Source: Eledone cirrhosa (lineage: Eukaryota). From it: 64,000 nt of DNA. The notes beneath the pieces were generated by a model that worked only from the letters and a program-made list of their open reading frames with translations, was not told where the DNA came from and searched no databases. Below, one piece after another: positions 17,121 through 30,330 of the stretch; within the stretch, counting starts at the first letter, position 1; each line of letters starts with the position of its first letter. The stretch spans positions 344,844,001-344,908,000 of the forward strand of contig OZ024743.1 of assembly GCA_964016885.1 (NCBI GenBank). Direction: 5' to 3'. A program made the position numbers and the translations under genes.

Positions 17121-17418
17121 AATAAACGAAGCTAAATTTTAATCATTTGACTTTTATTTAACTTTATTTTACATATATATATATATATATATGATAGTCG
17201 CCAGTGTTTTTGCATAAATACTTATTTATAAATGTTTATTTATAAACATAACGTATTTCTTTAGAAATACAAAATTATAATACATATCTGTATACAGCTA
17301 TGCTCGGAGCTAAATTATAATTCTCTCTCTCTCTCTCTCTCACTCTACCTACGCACACACACACATATATACATATATACATATATACATATATATATAT
17401 ATACATATATATATATAC

Positions 17419-17452
<34 letters not shown>

Positions 17453-18080
17453 TTATATATCTATCTATATATTTATCTATCTCCCTCTCACCCACTCACT
17501 ATTAGTCAGTACTTACACTTTGCTATAGTATTTTGTGTCCGTTTTTCCGTATCATTCACTCCGCCATTTCTTTCGCGGACGTTCTGAAAAACTACAATTA
17601 CTTTCCATTTCTCTTAATTGACCAACACCTACTGACTGGCCGTACCCAAATATTTGACCATATATCAGGACATTGCCAACACTATTCGAACTATCCGCGA
17701 TAGCATTATTCATTGCAAGGTAAAATACGATGACCTCCTCTCTCATGAGATATCTATTATATCTGTGTATGAATGTATGAATGTATGTATGTATGTATGT
17801 ATGTATGTATGTATGTATGTATGTATGTATGTATGTATGTATGTATGTATGAATGTATGTATGTATGAATGTATGTATGAATGTATGTATGTATGTATGT
17901 ATGTATGAATGTATGTATGTATGAATAAATGTATGTATGTATGTATGTATGAATGTATGTATGTATGTATGTATGTATGAATGTATGTATGTATGTATGT
18001 ATGTATGTATGTATGTATGAATAAATGTATGTATGTATGAATAAATGTATGTATGTATGTATGTATGTATGTATGTATGT

Positions 18081-18830
18081 TATCTCTTTCTCTTAATTTC
18101 GAGTATATTTTTTTGACCGGCCACCTTCCTGGTAGCAAGGTTGTAAATAAAAAGAAATTGTCATCCCTTGAATCGCAAGAATGTTTTGCAAATTTTGAAG
18201 GTGCCAGCTATCGCAGCCATTTGCAGACTATGAATTAGGGGGCTGCGCTCTTTGTCCGCAAATCCAAGTTCAGTCATACTTTGGTCCAAGCGGGTTGGTA
18301 TATAACCCGTAGCACCAATAATGATGGGTATGAAGCTAAAGGTGTATCTTGGATACTGGATTTGTAAACTCCTCATCAATGGTCCGTAGATGTCCTCCTT
18401 CTCCTGTATTTTTCTGACAACGTTTACATCAAGTGGGCAGCTGATCTCCACAACAGAACACGTTTTCAATGTGTGGTCCCAAACTACAATATCAGGCCGG
18501 TTGTGCTTTAATTTGGTGGCAGTTTTTATTTTCAGGTTCCACCAGTATTCCTTGGTGCCATCATTCTCAATATATTCTTCCTCGTTTGTTGTTAATTTTG
18601 TTTTCCGAAGTGCGTTCCAGATGGTTCTAGCTATCCCATCGTGTCTCGTGGGGAAGTAGTAGCGAGATGACATTCTTTTGCAGCTGGCAACAATGTGGCT
18701 TACATCCTCGATCTTTGTTTTACATAGCCTACATTTATTGTCAGCTGCTGGCCCTCCTCTTTTGTGCAGCAGATATTTGGTAGGGAGTTCTTGTTCCTGT
18801 ATTGCATAGAGATATCCCTCAAGGGGTGAT
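18081..18830 (-). mobile_element. R4/Dong-like non-LTR retrotransposon 3' fragment (RLE domain), copy 1
   Basis: CRLC..HI..SC zinc finger, RHD, HNRPDIVV..VEISCP..K PD-(D/E)xK endonuclease motifs; embedded in (CATA)n. Confidence 0.85.
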
Positions 18831-19015
18831 GTATGTATGTATGTATGTATGTATGTATGTATGTATGTATGTATGTATGTATGTATGTATGTATGTATGA
18901 ATGTATGTATGTATGTATGAATGTATGTATGAATAAATGTATGTATGTATGTATGTATGTATGTATGTATGTATGTATGTATGTATGTATGTATGTATGT
19001 ATGTATGTATGTATG

Positions 19016-19972
19016 TTATCTCTTTCTATTAATTTCGAGTATATTTTTTTGACCGGCCACCTTCCTGGTGGCAAGGTTGTAAATGAAAAAAAATTGTCAT
19101 CCCTTGAATCGCAAGAATGTTTTGCAAATTTTGAAGGTGCCAGCTATCGCAGCCATTTGCAGACTATGAATTAGGGGGCTGCACTCTTTGTCCGCAAATC
19201 CAAGTTCAGTCATATTTTGGTCCAAGCGGGTTGGTATATAACCCGTAGCTCCAATAATGATGGGTATTAAGCTAAAGGTGTATCTTGAATACTGGATTTG
19301 TAAACTCCTCATCAATGGTCCGTAGATGTCCTCCTTCTCCTGTATTTTTCTGACAACGTTTACATCAAGTGGGCAGCTGATCTCCACAACAGAACACGTT
19401 TTCGATGTGTGGACCCAAACAACAATATCAGGCCGGTTGTGCTTTAATTTGGTGGCAGTTTTATTTTCAGGTTCCACCAGTATTCCTTAGTGCAATCTTT
19501 CTCAATATATTCTTCCTCGTTTGTTGTTAATTTTGTTTTCCGAAGTGCGTTCCAGATGGTTCTAGCTATCCCATCGTGTCTCATGGGGAGGTAGTAGCGA
19601 GATGACATTCTTTCGCAGCTGGCAACAATGTGGCTTACATCCTCGATCTTTGTTTTACATAGCCTACATTTATTGTCAGCTGCTGGCCCTCCTCTTTTGT
19701 GCAGCAGATATTTGGTAGGGAGTTCTTGTTCCTGTATTGCATAGAGATATCCCTCAAGGTGTGATGTCATAAACTTGTCGGAACTCCATGCTAGGCTTTT
19801 TGAGTGGTTTATCCCCTCTATGGTCTGTGTTTTACGCCTCGTATCCATGCACAACTTTTTCTGTAAATTGGTCAATTTTTTTTATCTTGTTTGAACATTG
19901 AATAGGATCTTCCGATTTCTCTGGGTGAGAGATTTATATCAGGCTTTATTCCATATCTCTCCTCCAGATCAG
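19016..19972 (-). mobile_element. R4/Dong-like non-LTR retrotransposon 3' fragment, copy 2
   Basis: Same family, same 3' end, longer 5' extent (EGYLYAIQEQELPT), frameshifted. Confidence 0.85.
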
Positions 19973-20091
19973 TATGTATGTATGAATGTATGTATGAATG
20001 TATGAATGTATGTATGTATGAATGTATGTGTAAATGTATGAATGTATGAATGTATGTATGTATGTGTGTATGTATGTATGTATGTATGTGT

Positions 20092-20700
20092 GTCAGGTCA
20101 CCAGTTGGTGCTACTGGTAACATGTATCCCAGTACAACCTGTCTCATGGTCGGGTCGTTGGCGACTAAACTGGCAACCCCACCAAGGTTTCTTGGTGAGG
20201 AGGGTGACTTTGGACATCCTGCAGGACTAAAAACAAAACCTGTCAAAGGGCAAAGGAGCTCTTAAGAGTCAATGGCCATCCAAAATCACCGGGAGAGATG
20301 ACCCCTTAGCCTTTGTCAAGGCAGAATTCTAGGAGAAGGAAAACTCTGATATAACACCTGCAACCCTGATGGTATCCAATGATGTTGACTTGTTCTTCTT
20401 TTTGGTAAATATCATCTTGGTTAAGAGAGTGGGACTGGCTTTGTGCAGTGCCTTTGCTCACTATAAAAGCTTCACGGCACAGGCATTGCTTTATATCTGG
20501 AGATCTCTCTGCACTTGTCGTCACATGTTACCATGGGCCCAGCACTATGTGTCAATAATTGTCACAAGTGTAGTGTTTGTACCAGAGTTTTCAAGTCGCT
20601 GGCTGGACTAAAAAGTCACACTCGTTCAGCATATCGGTAGGGGTTCTCCTACATGGATATAAAGTAGTGGCCGTACTCGAAAACGAGTTGGCAGCCACCA
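20092..20700 (+). mobile_element. ~610-bp putative non-autonomous retroelement, copy 3
   Basis: Homologous end-to-end with 8034-8642; in (TATG)n. Confidence 0.75.
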
Positions 20701-21550
20701 TGTGTGTATGTATGTATGTATGTATGTATGAATGTATGAATGTATGTATGTATGTATGTATGAATGTATAAATGTATGAATGTATGTATAAATAAATGAA
20801 TGTATGTATGTATGTATGTATGTATGTATGTATGTATGTATGTATGTATGTATGTATGTATGTATGTATGTATGAATGAATGTATGTATGAATATATGTA
20901 TTCCTTTATGTGCATAGGCATATACATGTATGAATATGTGTATACATAAATAATTAGACGCATATGGACAGCTTCATATATATAATATATGATTGATATC
21001 GCTTATGACCAGCATTTGTACACCCTTCCACTTTGCATTTACTGATGTAGGGCCTCCGTTTCATGGACGGAAGCTGAAGATATATAGGAGACTGCAAGAA
21101 GGGCCAAACTCCATGTTTTATTGTATAATATACGAGTTCTTATATTTTAATCAATAAATTTACTTTATTCGAGTAAATTTAGATAATTATCATTATTACT
21201 AGGAATTATTTGAATGTCTTTAAGCAGCTAATCGGAATCTTTATAATTTTTAAAAGATCGATTAAACACGTACCATCTTATATATATATAGGAGGGTCTC
21301 TTTTCTAAATTGACATAATTTAAACCTACAATGAAAGTACGCCCACTCGGCTGTCACGAGTAATTTCAAGTTATGAAGATCTATGTGTTCGAGCATCATA
21401 TACAGAGCTATATTACACTGACAGTCATAGATTGTATGTCCTGAGAAATAATATGTTTCTAATGTAGTTCGACATGTTAAATCAGATATGTTTTCCGATT
21501 CTTTCTGTCAGCCATGACTTTCTTGCTCCAGAACAGTGATGGACAATAAT

Positions 21551-21590
<40 letters not shown>

Positions 21591-21592
<2 letters not shown>

Positions 21593-21787
21593 CTTAAACC
21601 ATTTTGTTTGTTTACTCTAGCGTCCCCTTTATTTACGTGTCCCAACGACTTTTTTTAGCCGTTGCTCGCACCAACCTGAGGTATATGGCCTTTAAAGCGA
21701 CGAAATGCCTACGACGGTTGGAAGGCCACTGATGAAGGACAACCTTTTTCATATGTAATCCATTTGCAACGCCGCAGCTCCATTATT

Positions 21788-21790
<3 letters not shown>
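21591..21790 (+). repeat. Structured non-coding repeat flanked by (TA)n; homologous to 51312-51520 (-)
   Basis: Shared GCACCRACSTGAGGTATATG...GAAAT..CTAYGAYSGTYGG....CACTGATGARGGAC. Confidence 0.65.
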
Positions 21791-21863
<73 letters not shown>

Positions 21864-21867
<4 letters not shown>

Positions 21868-24800
21868 AATATTGAACAAAACACAAGCCGAACGGCTAAA
21901 ACACACAATAACAGTTAATATGAAAAGAACAACATACACAAAAGTCAACGCATTCTACAGACAAAAACGCATCAACGGTAAGGAAATCCGAAATCTCATC
22001 ACAGCAAACGAGAGAGATGACTTCATGAGCGTCATCCGACGCGAAACGAAATACGCTCGAAACGAATCCTGTAGGCATTTCAAGAAGAAATTAGAATGGA
22101 TGAATAAGAAAAAACTACAAGAAAGGAAAATCGAATATTCTCAAAAATACCCAGATAACATCGACAATATCCGTATGACTGATGTAAAACTACCAATGAC
22201 CACACAGTAAATATCTATGGGAACACTTTAATCAGTGAACAAGAACAACAAATCCTAAGGTTACCACCAAAATTTGCCATCTACAAAAAGATTAACCCTA
22301 TGGAATGCAAAACGGGGCTGGAAAAGTGTTTCACAAAAATACGTTGGAATGCAAAGGTAAACAACAACAACAATAATAACGGTAGTAGTAATATAAACAA
22401 TAACTCTGGGTATAGAAATAACAGCCATAACCATAACAATGGCAGGAAAGTGAGAAATAGTGATAATGGCAATAATACTAGCGATAGACGGAACAACAAC
22501 AACCACAATAATAATAATAATAGAAACGTTAACCACAGACACAGCAACAGTGACCACAGTAGTAATAACAGTAACAATACGAACAACAACAACAATAACC
22601 ACAGTGGTAATAATGGAAATAGTACATGTAGCAACATCAACAAAAACAAGAAACATAATAATAGTAACAACCACAATGGTAGAAATAACAGTAACAACAA
22701 CAACAATAACGGTGAAGTAAACAACAATACATCTAGCAATCATAACAATAATAATAATGCTAATGATAGAAACAACAACAACCACCATGATAACAATAAC
22801 AGCCACCATGATAACAATAATAGCAACACACACAACTATGACGATAGAAATAACGACAACCCCTTAGAGAAACTATTTTTCAACCCAGCTGACAAAACAT
22901 ATAAGATGGGTAATATCTATCCTACGAGGTTACCCTTTAATAAAAGAGTTTGCATACCACAGCAAATAGATGACGAGACGGAGGCACAGTTCACCATAGC
23001 TAGAAATAAGATTAGACAAGTAGTAGACAGGTATACTATGAGACAGAGCAAACCAGAGGCCCAACAACTTGGCAGAAAACCTGTAGAAGGCTTGGTTAGC
23101 CTCAAGCAGCGCACAAGGGATGGTGAGGTAGTGTGTCTACCCACAGATAAGTCTGGTAGGATGTCAATAGATAGCATGCCGAACTACATCGAGGCTATGC
23201 AACCCCACATCACCAACACGAGCGAGGTTGCACAACAAACACACGATGGGAGAGAAGAAATCCTCAACGCTCACATGATGATGTGGACTGACATCCTAAA
23301 GCCAAGCAGACGCACTGCCAACAACTTCCAGGCGTCTAACAATGGCATACCACCCTTGTATGGGCTCCGCAAAGACCACAAGACAGTCGACGACCCGACA
23401 ACAGGACCACCAACAAGACCCGTATGCGGAGCTAATATAGCTAGCAACTACAGGATCTCCTACTTCCTCTCAATGGTTATACGCCCCATAATCAAGATGT
23501 CCCCAGATGTATGTGAAAGTACAGAGGACCTCCTCAGCAGAATCAGTGAGTGCAACAAAAACAGGAGCCTATCCAACTGCATAATAGGCAGCATGGATGT
23601 GGTGTCACTGTACCCATCCATTAACATTGATTTTGCTGTGAAAAAATGTGTGGAGATGATCATTGAGAGTGAGGTGGAGTTCTGCGACGTCGACACAGAC
23701 GAACTGGGCCTCCTACTTAGACTTACCTACGACACTGACTACCTAGACAGCCATGACCTTAGATGTTTCTGCCCTAGTAGACCTATAAGAGGTAGACCCC
23801 CCACCATAACCTCAATGGCTAAAAAGACTCCCATAGGAAGGTGGATTGGGTGGACCAAAGCTATACGGACCCCCAAAACACTGATCAGGTAAGAAAAATG
23901 GTCGCACATGCAATAGGGGCTAGTATCAAAACTACCTAAAGGGCCACATATTTAAGTTCAATGAGAAAATCTACACCCAAAATGAGGGAGCAGCCATCGG
24001 CGTCAGCATAGCTGGTGATGTTGCCAACCTTTTCATGGTATGGTGGGAAAGGAGACTTAAAGATCTCCTTAATGAAAGCTCCATAGACCTCATCATGTAC
24101 TCTCGTTATGTAGACGATATCAATATAGTTATTAGAACACCCCCACTAGAGAGCACTAACAGGTTTGATTTAGAACGTAGCACGATGGAAAGCATCCAGC
24201 AGATAGCTAATTCCATACACCAGAGTATAACTGTAACTATCGACTTCCCTTCCAAACACCCTAACAATAGACTACCAGTATTAGACACAGAACTCTGGAT
24301 TAACACTATAGACGAGAGAGCCCAAATTCTCCACTCACACTATGCTAAACCCATGGCCTCCAAATACCTGGTACTCAAAAACTCAGCAATGTCCGGTAGT
24401 GCTAAGTTTAATATTCTGATCGCAGATTTGGTACGAGTAATGAAGAATGTGTCCAGCATGTGCGACCCAAGAAATGGAAAGACACATCCAACACTTCATC
24501 AACCGCATGCAGTTCTCTGGCTACAACCAAAGAGACAGAGTCAGAGTATACGAAGGGGCCATGGAAAAGTATAAGACCCTCATAGAACTGGATATGAAAG
24601 GAATTTGCCCACTATACAGGAGCAAATCATGGAATAGCTTAGATAGGGCTAGACATAAGATAGGGAAGGCCACATCATGGTACGACAACCAGAGATATCA
24701 GAGTGTCATGTTTGTGGACGCCACCCCTGGAGGGAAATTAGCTAACCAGTGTAGAAAGGCCCTGAGAAAGACCCACTTAAAAATAAAGGTGGTAGAAAAG

Positions 24801-25786
24801 CCAGGAACCACCATAAAATCCCTGATCAGCAAAACCTACCCTTTTAAGAAAACCCACTGTACCAATAGGAAATGTATCATATGTAAGGTGAACCCCCGGA
24901 TAAACTGTAAAACTAGAAACGTAGCATAAGATGTACAGAGGGTACTTGCAGAAACATGACAACAACATACATAGGTGAGACAGCTCGTAGCATAGGTGAA
25001 AGGATAGACCAACACTGGGGGGAACTAAAAGGACGAAAAAACGGGTCAGTACTATACGAACATGCTAGACAACAACATGACGGTAACATAGACAACATAT
25101 AAATTAGAATAATATCTAAACATAGGAATGACCCAGCAGATAGGCAAATCAGAGAGGCCAGTGAAATAGAAATTAGAAGACCAAAGCTAAACAGAAAGAA
25201 TGAGTGGAACAACAACAACACCCAAACAAACAACACTGACCTAAGAGAAGTATAAATAAGTAAATAAAATAAAATAAAATAAGATAAATAAATACATACA
25301 CAAGCACAATAACAACAAGCACATAAATACACACTAGTCACCCAGCAGACACAACACTATACACACTAGTCACACAGCACACATAACACTATGCACACAC
25401 GCAAACGCATGCGCAAAGAAGACAAAATAAAATAATATAAACAAATAAGCAAATAAATAAATAAATATATAGACAGACTGAATAAAAAATGGCGTAGACA
25501 TACAACACAACAGGAGGAACAAAGAATATAACACCACTGACGATGTTGCAGATGTGCAACGAAAGATTTATGTAAATTATGTAAACTATATATATGTGTT
25601 TGTGTCTATATTGTATCTGTATTATTTTTGACCGTCGGTCAGTCAATGGCAACATTGAGGACCGAGTAAGTTAGATCGCAGATATATATATATAAAAGAC
25701 AGCGAGAAGCGAAAACCAACCAAACAGTGAGTGTGTTCTGTTATTAATTCTGGCAATATTACGCAAATATGACCCTCCCCAAGTAT

Positions 25787-25790
<4 letters not shown>
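21864..25790 (+). mobile_element. Penelope-like retroelement (RT + GIY-YIG), near full length, disrupted by stops/frameshifts
   Basis: LPPKFA, DKSGR, PPLYGLRKDHK, RPV, SMDVVSLYPSI, QNEGAAIG, RYVDDI, LPVLD, Cys-rich linker, YIGETARS..R (24968), RQIREA..LNRKNEW; (TA)n flanks. Confidence 0.93.
25533..25573 (+). ncRNA. Hammerhead-like motif in the 3' pLTR of the Penelope-like element
   Basis: CUGACGA-U-GUUGCA GAUG UGCAAC-GAAA-GAUU-UA; stem I weak. Confidence 0.6.
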
Positions 25791-25863
<73 letters not shown>

Positions 25864-25895
25864 AATATAGATGAAATCGAAAATGCAACTTGAGT

Positions 25896-28800
25896 CTTTT
25901 TTTTTTTAAATATATATATTTATTTGGTTCCTTTACCGGTTTCGCAGTTCTTCTGATTTTCAAAAGTATAATTGAGATGGAGGGTCTGTGGCTTTTCTCA
26001 CTTCTGATGTGAGAAAAACCACAGACCCTCCATCTCACGAAGGGGCCCACACCGGTTGTCCGGTGAGGAATACGTGGAGGTGCGGCAGCCTGAGCGCGTG
26101 TTTGTGCATCGTCAGCCACGGCATCCCCAGCCCTCCGCTTGAAGGGTGTTGGAAGCAGATGGATCTTCTCACCAAAGGAGCCCGTTCCTTCCAAAGGAAT
26201 TGGAAGAGTGCGCGCTCCATTTTGGCGAGGGTTTTGGTTGGACAAGGCACGACAGTCAAGCGGTAGTAGATCACGGACGCTATAAAAGTGTTCGCCATCT
26301 CCGCTCGACCTTGCAAGGATAGTTTGCACTCGGCCCACTTCTGGGTGAGCGCAAACACCTTGGCCGTCACCTCATTCCAGTTCTTCTCCACCTGGAGGTC
26401 CTGACCAAACCAGACCCCGAGCAGCTTTAACGGTCCTTCCGTCCAGCGTCTGACGACGCCATTAGAAGGCATCGGATTACCTCTCCACGTTCCGAGTTGC
26501 AAACCGACGGATTTGTCCCGGTTCAGCTTCGCTCCTGTGAACCTTTTGTATTCCTTCAGTAAGGTGCCGACCTCCCCGATTTGCGAGGTGCTCGACACCA
26601 TTACTGTCACGGCATTGGCATAAGCCGACGCCGCTTTTCGCAGTCCTGGTTCCAAAGGGATGCCCTGCAATAGCCCCAACTTCCGCAGTAGTAGCTCGAG
26701 AGTCAGTACGTACAGAAGGGAGGAGAGAGGGCATTCCTGTCGGATGGATCACGTGATATGGAATGGCTCCGAGAGGTAACCGTTCACCTTGACCCTTGAG
26801 CAGATGTTGCTGCTGTGCATTGCAACAATCCAGCCCCTGAACATGGGTCCGAAGCCTGCCGCCTCGAGCAGCGCATCCAGGTAACGATGGTCAACCCTAT
26901 CGAAAGCCTTAGACTGATCCAAGTTGATCAGGGCCCCACCGAAGCCGGGTTTACACCCTACCCTCTCTATGGTGTATCGCATGACGTAGAGGTTGTCGTG
27001 TATGGACCTGGTCGGGATTGCGCATGTCTGCGCTTCTCCCACCAGGTTTTCGACGACAAGCGCCAGCCTCTTTGCCAACACCTTGGCCAAAATCTGTAAC
27101 TCTGTGTTTAGCAGAGTTATAGGCCGGAAGTTGCCTATGTCATCCCCCTTATTGTCGTCCTTCCTGACTAACGCGACTATGCCCTTGGTCACAGAAATGG
27201 GAATTCTCCCGTTCTGCTGCCAGTTGCAGTAGACCGCTTCCAGGAGACCGGAGAACAAGTCCGGCATTGCTACGTAAGATTCGCAGGGTAGACCGTCGAG
27301 ACCTGGAGATTTGCGTTTGCCGCATTGGCTCAGCGTGTCCCCTATCTCAGCGGCCGAAATCAGCCTTTCGCAGACTTCGCCTCGCTGTCCGAGAGTCGCG
27401 GCAGGCCGTCGAGGTATGGACCGAAATCCATAGCCCCTCCCGTCGCGCCACCCTGCCCGAACAGTTGAGCAAAGTGCCACTGAAAGGCCGCGCACATCTG
27501 CTTCGCCTCACGTATCATGCGTCCGTCTTTGTCCTTCAAAGACCGAAACGTGGACTTGTTGCCACTTTTCGCCTCCGTGCCTCGGGCCCAGCTAACAGCT
27601 TTGGCTCCCTCGTTTCCCAGAGCACCTATTTTGCTCCTGACAACGCATCCTTCGTGCTTTGCGTCGAAGAACTGGTCCAAGGCCTTTCTCGTCGCTAGCA
27701 CGCTGGCTACGTTGCCACTCCTAAGTGCCTCTTCTACTTTATCTAATAGTTCCTTTTCGGTCTTATTTCTATCTAACACTAATTCTTTATTAAAACCTAT
27801 CGAGTCTAATCAAACTGCCCTCTTGAGAGAGTACCACCATCAGTTGTTGACGATGGCCCCCGTCAAGTGCTGCTTAACTAAAGTGCTAATCCGTCTACTG
27901 AAGGCTTTGCATGTCGGTAACGACAAGTTCAGCTTCCAGTAGCCGGGTCCCTGTCTATGGGTTCTGTCAATGTTGACTAAGCAATTCACTAGTTTGTGAT
28001 CTGAATTGGCAACCATGAACATTTGTGGACAGTTTAACATGTCCCTATCACTAACTCTAACTAGAAACCTATCTAGGTACGATCTAGATGTTCCGCTGTG
28101 GTTGGCCCACGTCCACAGTGCCACAGTCGGAAAATCTAGTCGATATCTATCGACCAGTTGAAATCGGCCGATTAACTGTTTGAGGCTGTTACACCCCCCT
28201 CTATCGGGACATGCTCCCACATAGTCTCAACGTGCATCTAGATTCCATTCCAGTCCCCCACTAACAGCAAGGAGTGAGATGTTCTCAGAAAAGTTTCTAG
28301 ACGTTTGAAGAAGTCTGGCCGCGGTGTCTTGGATAGGGCATATGCGGCCACCAGCCTGAAGGCTCCACCTTCACTACCATCAACGTCGAGGACTACCAGT
28401 CGACCCTCCGGGTCCAGATGTACCGTCTGTGTTACGAGGTCCAGGTGTTTCCGCAACAAAACGGCAAACCCGCCCCCACCCCTCGGCTGACAGAGAGATG
28501 CGTAGATCTCAAAGTCGTCGAAGATGGGTTCCAGATGTCGTTCGCTGTGGATCCTGGACTCGCAAATGGCTACTACATCCATACTGTGCGACCTGAGGTC
28601 GTTTAAGTGTTTGCACTGTTTCCAGGACATCCCCAGACCGCGTACATTCACACATCCAACTCTTATATTGGTCATGTTGGTGCTGAAAAGTTAAAAGAAG
28701 AGGAAAAGAAATCACTCACCTCTTCGTCTCCTGGGGACCAGGCTGCACGATTTCCATGGGGTGTTGGAGGGGTGTCTGGTGAGATGGGGGTGTTTGGGGT

Positions 28801-30330
28801 GGGGATGTATGGGGTGGGGGTGGGTAAACATTTTGACAGGACTCGATTCTAGGGTTTGACGCTGGGGTTACCTACGTCGTTAGGAAATTTTCCTTTTAAC
28901 TGTTTATGGAGATCCTAATCATTTTAAGATTTGGATTTAAATTTTATTGTTAGTATTTATTGTTAGTATTTATGTAGGTGTAACATTTTTGTTGTGTTGT
29001 GTTGCTTTTTGTCTGTGGTTCTTGTGTGTGTTTACGTTTTGTAGTAGGTGTTTTGTTTTCAGGAGGGGGTGTTTTTGTTTGTGCTGTTTGCGTCGCTTGT
29101 GTTGGTGTTTGTGTGTTTGTTGAATTTTTGTTTGTGTTATGTCTTTGCTTTTTTCTTTTTACTGGTCGGAAAGGCTCTCCCTCATCGTCACTAGATGACG
29201 TTGATGAGGCCTCATCCGTGGTGGGGAGGGGTACATTTTGGGGAGCTGTTATGTGTGTGGGTATTTCTGGAGTTTTTTTAGGTGGGGAGGGGTTGGGTGG
29301 GAATGTGTTTGTCGTTTGTTTTGTTGTCACTATTTGTTTATGTTGTTGTTGTTGTGGTGGTGGTGATTGTTGTGCTGGTGTTGCAGGTGTTGGCAGTAGT
29401 GCCTTTTTTGGGCTAGTTAGCCGAGGACAGGAAGCTCTCACGCGACCCCTGCTTAAGCAGTGGTAACATGAGGGCCGCCTACGCTCGACCAAAATGTTTA
29501 TGTATATAAGCCCATCCAGCAGCACACGTTCCGGGATCCTAGCTATTCGTTCTGGTGTCATCTGAACCAGAATTTCCAGGCTAGTTCCGCTGAAAAGGTC
29601 GCCGGAGGACTTACCTACCGATATTATTGAGTCTTTTGGGAGGTTTAAACATTCACATAGTACCCACCAAATATCAACATTTGGTGTGATACTTTGGATT
29701 TATATTTTCTGTGTTCTTTTCCCCATGTAAGTGGGGAAAAAGGTGAACAGCGGTGACACAGTTGGTGACACAGAATTATGTGCTGTCAATTGGTCTTTCA
29801 TCAGAATGGATAAACTCCCGTAGAAAGCAATGTCTTTTACAGCATCTTTTAAAACCAACTCAATTTCACCTTGTGAAAGTTGAGTTGGTTTTCATGTTTT
29901 GTTTGAGACTGTCCTGAAAACCACAGTTTTCAAGGCAGTTTCTCTTTGCAAATCTGGGGGAGAGTTTATGGAGAATGATCCGTTCTCCCCAAAAGTTACG
30001 TACTGTCTGGCGTTATTCAAAAGCTGATTAGCATTTGAAATATCCACCGGAGTGTAGCTTACCATTTTCTTTACGGTTTGCGCAAATGATATTTTATCGT
30101 TTACATCCTTGTTGCAGTTATTGGTCTTGTTTTTGTTGTTATTGTTCTTGTTGGTGTTGTTTTCGTTCATAGTATTGTTGTTGTTGTTGTTGTTGCTGGT
30201 GCCGCTGGTTGTGTTGTTTTTGTTCATTGTTTCACACTTTTTGGTTTTGGTTTGTTGCCATGGCAACGTCAAGTTGTTGGTCAGCAGGTGAACAAAATCC
30301 TTCTTCTGGCTGACCTTTGTCTGAGACATC
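25896..30330 (-). mobile_element. Tx1/L1-like LINE, decayed, C-terminal part of ORF2 missing
   Basis: ORF1 remnants (29892-30329; 28950-29561 with degenerate knuckle CYHC...C); APE from 28675 (VNVRGL, LLLVGDWN, SYLDRFLV, SDHK); RT (KSPGLDG, FRPITLLN, LDQSKAFDRVDH, RQECPLS); AATAAA and poly(A) at ~25896-25925. Confidence 0.92.

Larger units (their letters stand above)
15391..17172 (-). mobile_element. Non-coding Penelope-type insertion with ~590-bp inverted repeat
   Basis: ~15484-16077 is the reverse complement of ~16578-17172 (identical 66-aa ORF on opposite strands); hammerhead in each arm; only the left arm has a ~90-bp tail; TA flanks. Confidence 0.85.

Noticed and set aside
24920-24960. 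Selenocysteine read-through in the Penelope endonuclease
   Set aside because: The visible stop is TAA followed by a frameshift; no in-frame TGA at a conserved Cys and no clear SECIS
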